Assembly (NCBI GenBank): GCA_014905635.1 | Contig: JABVCE010000013.1 | Span: forward strand, 806,001 to 870,000 | Length of the DNA: 64,000 nucleotides | DNA from: Scenedesmus sp. PABB004 | Lineage: Eukaryota | Direction: 5' to 3' | The notes under the pieces: model-generated | Seen by the model: the letters and a program-made list of their open reading frames with translations, nothing else | What the model was told of the DNA's origin: nothing | Databases searched by the model: none | Part shown: piece by piece, positions 59,468 through 64,000 of the stretch | Numbering within the stretch: the stretch's first letter is position 1 | How the letters are laid out: each line of letters starts with the position of its first letter | Made by a program: the position numbers and the translations under genes

Positions 59468-61026
59468 ATGTTCCGCAACCAGGTGGGCGGTTGGGCGCGC
59501 GCCCCAGCTGATCTGCTGCTCCCCGTCCTCCCGGCGCGTTCACGCCCGATCGCGCCCCCGGCGCCGCAGTATGACACGGATGTCACCACCTGGAGCCCCC
59601 AGGGGCGGCTGTTCCAGGTGGAGTACGCCATGGAGGCGGTGAAGCAGGGCAGCTGCGCCGTCGGCCTCGTGGTGCGCAGGGGGGCCCGCGGCGGCCGCGG
59701 CGCAGGCCGCAGGCCCCGCCGGAGCTGCACACAGGCGCAGGCCCGGTGTCGGGCCCGCCGCGGCGGCCACCGCGGCGGCCGCTGCCGCGCGGCCCCGGTC
59801 GCAACCGCCGCGCCGCGCCGCCGCTCGCTCGCAGGGCGCGACGCACGTCGTGCTCGCGACGCTGAAGCGCGCGCAGAACGACCTGTCGAGCTACCAGCGC
59901 AAGCTGTTCAAGATCGACGACCACATGGGCATCGCGATCGCGGGCCTCACCGCCGACGGCCGCGTGCTGTGCAAGTACATGCGCAACGAGTGCATCAACC
60001 ACAGGCGCGCGCGGCGCAGCAGCCGCGGCGGCCCGCGGACGTCGCCCGCGGCGGCGCAGGCGTCGCCCGCAGCGGCGGCCGACGCCGCCGCCGCCCGCCG
60101 TGCGCCGCAGGTTTGTCTACGAGACGCCGATGCCGGTGGGGCGCCTCGTGCGGCAGATCGCGGACAAGCACCAGGTGGGGCGCCGCAGCTGCAGCTGCTG
60201 CTGCTGCTGCCGCAGGGCCGGCGCGCCGCCGCGCCTGCAGACCGCGGCGCCGCCGCGGCGCCGCCGCGGCGCCGCGCGCGCGCAGGTGTGCACGCAGCGC
60301 TCGTGGAAGCGGCCGTTTGGCGTGGGGCTGCTCGTCGGCGGCTACGACAAGACCGGCCCCCACCTTTACAACACCTGCCCCAGTGGCAACTACTACGAGT
60401 ACAAGGCCCACGCCATCGGCGCGCGCAGCCAGGTGCGGCGGGGCTGCGAGCTGATCGGCAGCAGCGGCGCCGGCGCCCGGCGCCTGGCGCCCGGCGGCGG
60501 CGCGCCGCGCTCAGCGCCGCGCGGCGCCGGCTGTGCGTGCCGCCGCCGCCGCGCCAGGCGGCCAAGACGTACCTGGAGAAGCACTACGAGAGCTTCCCGG
60601 CCGCTTCGGTGGACGAGCTCGTGCAGCACGGGCTCAAGGCGCTCGCCGCGACGCTGAGCGAGGGCGAGCTGACCAAGGAGAACGTGAGCGTGAGCATCGT
60701 GGGCAAGGCCGCGCCGTACGTGGTGCTGGAGGGCGACGACGTGGAGCCCTACGTCGCGGTGCGCGCCGCGCGGCGCGGCGGCCGGCAGCAGCGCCGCGCT
60801 CTCCGCCCTGGCTCGCTCGCCCGTCGAGCCGCCACGCCGCGCCGCGCCGCGCCGCCCGCAGCTGCTCAAGGCGGAGGAGGAGGCCGGCACGGCGCCCATG
60901 GCCGCGGACGAGGCTGCCGCCGGCGGCGCCGACGCGGGCGGCGCGGGCGGCGAGGCCGGCGGCGAGGGCGGCGACGCGGGCGCAGGCGGCGAGGCGGCGG
61001 CGCCCATGGAGACGTCCGAAAGCTGA
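59468..61026 (+). CDS. PAF1: 20S proteasome subunit alpha-6 (PAF/PSMA1), spliced
   Basis: [85 protein letters not shown]. Confidence 0.97.
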
Positions 61027-61076
61027 GCGCGCCGGCGCCGGCGGGCAGCTGGCAGCGGCCAGCTGGGGCGGGGGGT

Positions 61077-61081
61077 TGTAA
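61077..61081 (+). terminator. TGTAA polyadenylation signal
   Basis: About 50 nt downstream of the PAF1 stop. Confidence 0.6.
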
Positions 61082-61346
61082 CTGTGGGCGTCGTCGAGAG
61101 CGGCGGCGGTGCACGGCGCCGAGACTCTCGGCCCGAGAGCGGCGGTGCAGCGGTTGCACCCCGCCGAACCGCTTTCCTTCCCGAACTGCGCGCTCGTCGC
61201 CATCTCAGCGAGCTCCGCGTCCCTCACGGCAGCAGCAGCGCTGCGGGGCCTGGGAGTCGGCTGTGCGTGTGCGCCGGCAGCGGCGCGAGATTGCCGCCGC
61301 TGCAGCGCTGCCAGGGGCGAGTGCTGCGCAGGCAATCGCGACCTCC

Positions 61347-64000
61347 ATGGTGAGGGCGTGCCTTGCTTGTCTCGATCAGGCGCTGGGAGCCGCGGCCGCG
61401 GCCTACAGCGCTCAGCAGCAGCAGCAACCGCCGCTTGCCCCGCCGCTGTCGCGCAGGCCGACCTCAACGCCGCCATCGGCCGGCTGGAGGCGGTCACGGA
61501 GCGCCTGCTGCGCTTCGAGGTGGGGCGCCAGCAGACCGCGGCGCCGCCGGCCGGCCGCACGGGCCGGCGCCGCTGCTGCTCCCCAGGCGCCGCCGCCCAG
61601 CAGCGCCGCCCGCGCCGCGCAGGCCTCCCTGGGCGGTGCCGGCGGCGCCGGCGGCGCCGCGGCCCCCGCGCCGCCGGCGGCCGGGCCGCGCGCGCCGCCC
61701 GCCGCAGCAAACGGCAGCGCCGCGCCGGCGCCGGCGCCCGGTGCCGCCGCCGCCGCCGGCGGCGGCGGCGGCGACAACATCGCCGCGTATGACGAGCTGC
61801 TGGCGGCGCAGCTGGCGCCGTTCATGGCCCACGCCGCGGCCATCGGCGGCGAGGTGCTGGCGGTGAGCAAGCTCGTCGAGCGCGCGTTCAAGGTGCGGCG
61901 GCGCGCAACGGCGGCGCAGGGGCGGCGGCGGCGGCAGCACAGGGGCGGCGCCGACGCGGCGCGCCCCGTGCGGCGCGCAGGAGCAACGCACCGTGCTGCT
62001 CGTCGCGTCCAAGGCCAAGCAGCCCGACGCGGCGCAGCTGCAGTCGGTGCTCGCGCCCGTGGCGGAGCCGATGATGGCCGCCGCGGAGCTCGCAGACAAC
62101 CGGCGCAGCGCGGCGTTCCAGCAGCACAAGGCCGCGGCCGAGGCGCTGCAGGGGCTCAGCTGGCTCGCCTACACCGGGCCGGCCTGCGGTGAGCGCCCGC
62201 CGCGCCGCCGCAGTCCTTTGCTGCCCGCCGCGCCGCCCACGCCGCGCGCCCGCCGCACTCCTCGCTGCCCGCCTCGCCGCCCACGCCGCCCACGCCGCCC
62301 GCGCAGGCATGCCGCCGCCGCCGCAGCACGTGGGCGAGGCGTGGAACGCGGCCGAGTTCTTTGCCAACAAACTGCTCAAGGAGTTCCGGGGCGTGGACGA
62401 GGCGCAGGTCGCGTGGGTGCGCGCGCTCAAGGTGCGGCCGCCGCGCGGGCGCGGGCGTGGCCTCGCCGCGCGCGGGCGAGGCTGCCGCTGCGCGGGCGCG
62501 CGCGGACGGCGCGCCGCGCGCCCCCGCTCGCAGGAGCTGTTTGCGGGGCTGGCGGGGGTCGTGCGGGCGCACTTCCCCGGCGGGCTGCGCTGGAACCCCA
62601 ACGGCTGCGCGAGCATCGCCGCCGCGCTGGCGGCCGCCGCGGGCGGCGCGCCGGCGCCGGCGCCGGCGCCGGCGCCCGCGCCCGCGGCGGCTGCCACGCG
62701 CGCGCCGCCGCCGCCGCCGCCCGGCGCAAAGGCGCCGCCGCCGCCGCCCCCGCCGCCGCCGCCGGGGCTGCTGCTGCAAGAGCGGCCGGCGCGCGGCGGC
62801 GCCGTGCCGGCGGCCGCCCCCGCGGCGGCGGCGGCGGCGGCATGCAGGACGTTCTCGCGGCGCTGAAGCAGGTGCGTGTGTGCCGTGCGAATGAGCACGC
62901 GCGTGAGCGCCGCGCCGTGCGGCCGCCCGCCCGGCCAGCCTCGCGGCGGCTCAACGCCCGCCCGCCGCGCCCGCGTGCGCGCAGGGCGCTGGCGTGACGT
63001 CGGGGCTGCGCAAGGTGACTGATGACATGAAAAGCAAAAACAGGCCCCAGCGCAGCGGCCACGTCGGCGCGGCGCCCGCGCCGGGCGGCGCCGGCGGCGG
63101 CGCCGCGAGCGGCACACCGGCCGCGAAGCAGGCGGGGCCGCCGAGGTGCGGCGCGGCGCCTGCGCGCCGCGCGCCGCGCGCCCGCCCGCGGCGGCGCACG
63201 AGCCGGCGGCCGCGGGCGTCCGTGCGCAGGGTGGAGCTGGAGCGGGAGCGCAAGTGGGTGGTGGAGAACCACGCCGGCGCGGGGGAGCTCGTGGTCACCG
63301 TGGCCAACCCGCGGCACAGCGTCTACATTTTCAACTGCAGCGCGAGCGTCATCCAGGCGCGCCGCGCGCACCTGGACCGCGCCGCGCCGCCCGCCAGCCT
63401 CCCCACGGGCGCGGCCGCGCCCTCTCGTCCCCCTGCGCCGCATGCACGCGCCGCGCCACCCGACGGTCGGCCGCCGCCGCCGCGGCCGGCCCGCTAGGTC
63501 AAGGGCAAGTGCAACGCCATCTCCATCGACAAGTGCTCCAAGACGGGCGTCGTCTTTGACAGCGCCATCGCCTCTTGCGAGCTCGTCAACTGCAGCGGCA
63601 TGCAGGCGAGCACGCGCGCGCGCGCCGGCCAGCCGGCCCCCGCCGCCGCCGCACGGCCGCTGCCGCGGCCGCGAGAGCTGCCCTCCCCCGCTCCGCCGCC
63701 GCGCAGGTGCAGTGCACCGGGCACGTGCCGACGATCTCCATCGACAAGTGCGACGGCGTGCAGGTGCGGCGCAGCGCAGCGCCGTGTGACGCCTGCGCTC
63801 GCGCGCGTCGCCCCGGCGCGCGCGACACCCCCGCCCGTGCCGCCGCCGGCCGCCAGGCCTACATCCCCGCGGCGCTGGCGGCCAACCCTGACTTCCAGGC
63901 GCGCGCGGCGCCGCGCTGGCCCGGCGCGCCACGCGCCCGCACGTGCGCCCTCCCCCTCGCCCGCCTTCGGCCGCCCGGCTGCTCGCTCACGCGCCGCGCC
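61347..64000 (+). CDS. CAP1: Adenylyl cyclase-associated protein CAP (actin-binding), truncated by the right edge
   Basis: [50 protein letters not shown], poly-Pro, [43 protein letters not shown]. Confidence 0.95.

Noticed and set aside
41499..61026. Proteostasis cluster (RPN8, SENP8, PAF1)
   Set aside because: Interspersed with unrelated genes; chance proximity in a gene-dense eukaryote is sufficient

Overview
Eukaryotic nuclear DNA, extremely GC-rich (roughly 80% by eye), gene-dense and intron-rich. Plastid-targeted genes (PSB33/TEF5, ArgJ, ribulosamine kinase), a Chlamydomonas-type dynein LC4 and TGTAA poly(A) signals point to a chlorophyte green alga; a high-GC Sphaeropleales-like lineage is my inference. 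The unspliced ORF track is mostly GC-artefact, so I reconstructed about 26 spliced genes by hand; exon boundaries and some starts are approximate. Most are housekeeping or organellar: SEH1-like, MATE, GNAT, MMADHC, Tim17-like, SCP phosphatase, H2A, FN3K, rhomboid-like, MetRS, PSB33, GET4, LC4, TruA, G-patch, TM9SF, RPN8, ArgJ, DEN1, MLO, proteasome alpha-6 and CAP. The main candidate novelty is two divergent paralogous genes (13770-18111 and 46853-51572) sharing an N-terminal PHD/ADD-like Zn finger, a possible SPOC-like domain and a C-terminal module resembling the TASOR (HUSH)/Chp1 (RITS) PIN-like region, which would be a possible algal heterochromatin-silencing scaffold family. Other notable points: an atypical intron-containing H2A with an acidic tail, a ~630 bp inverted duplication placing one gene's intergenic region in front of another gene, many GC-AG introns, telomere-like TTCAGGG repeats at intron edges, and a secreted GH-A-clan-like protein. 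No rRNA, tRNA, CRISPR array or recognisable transposase was seen.
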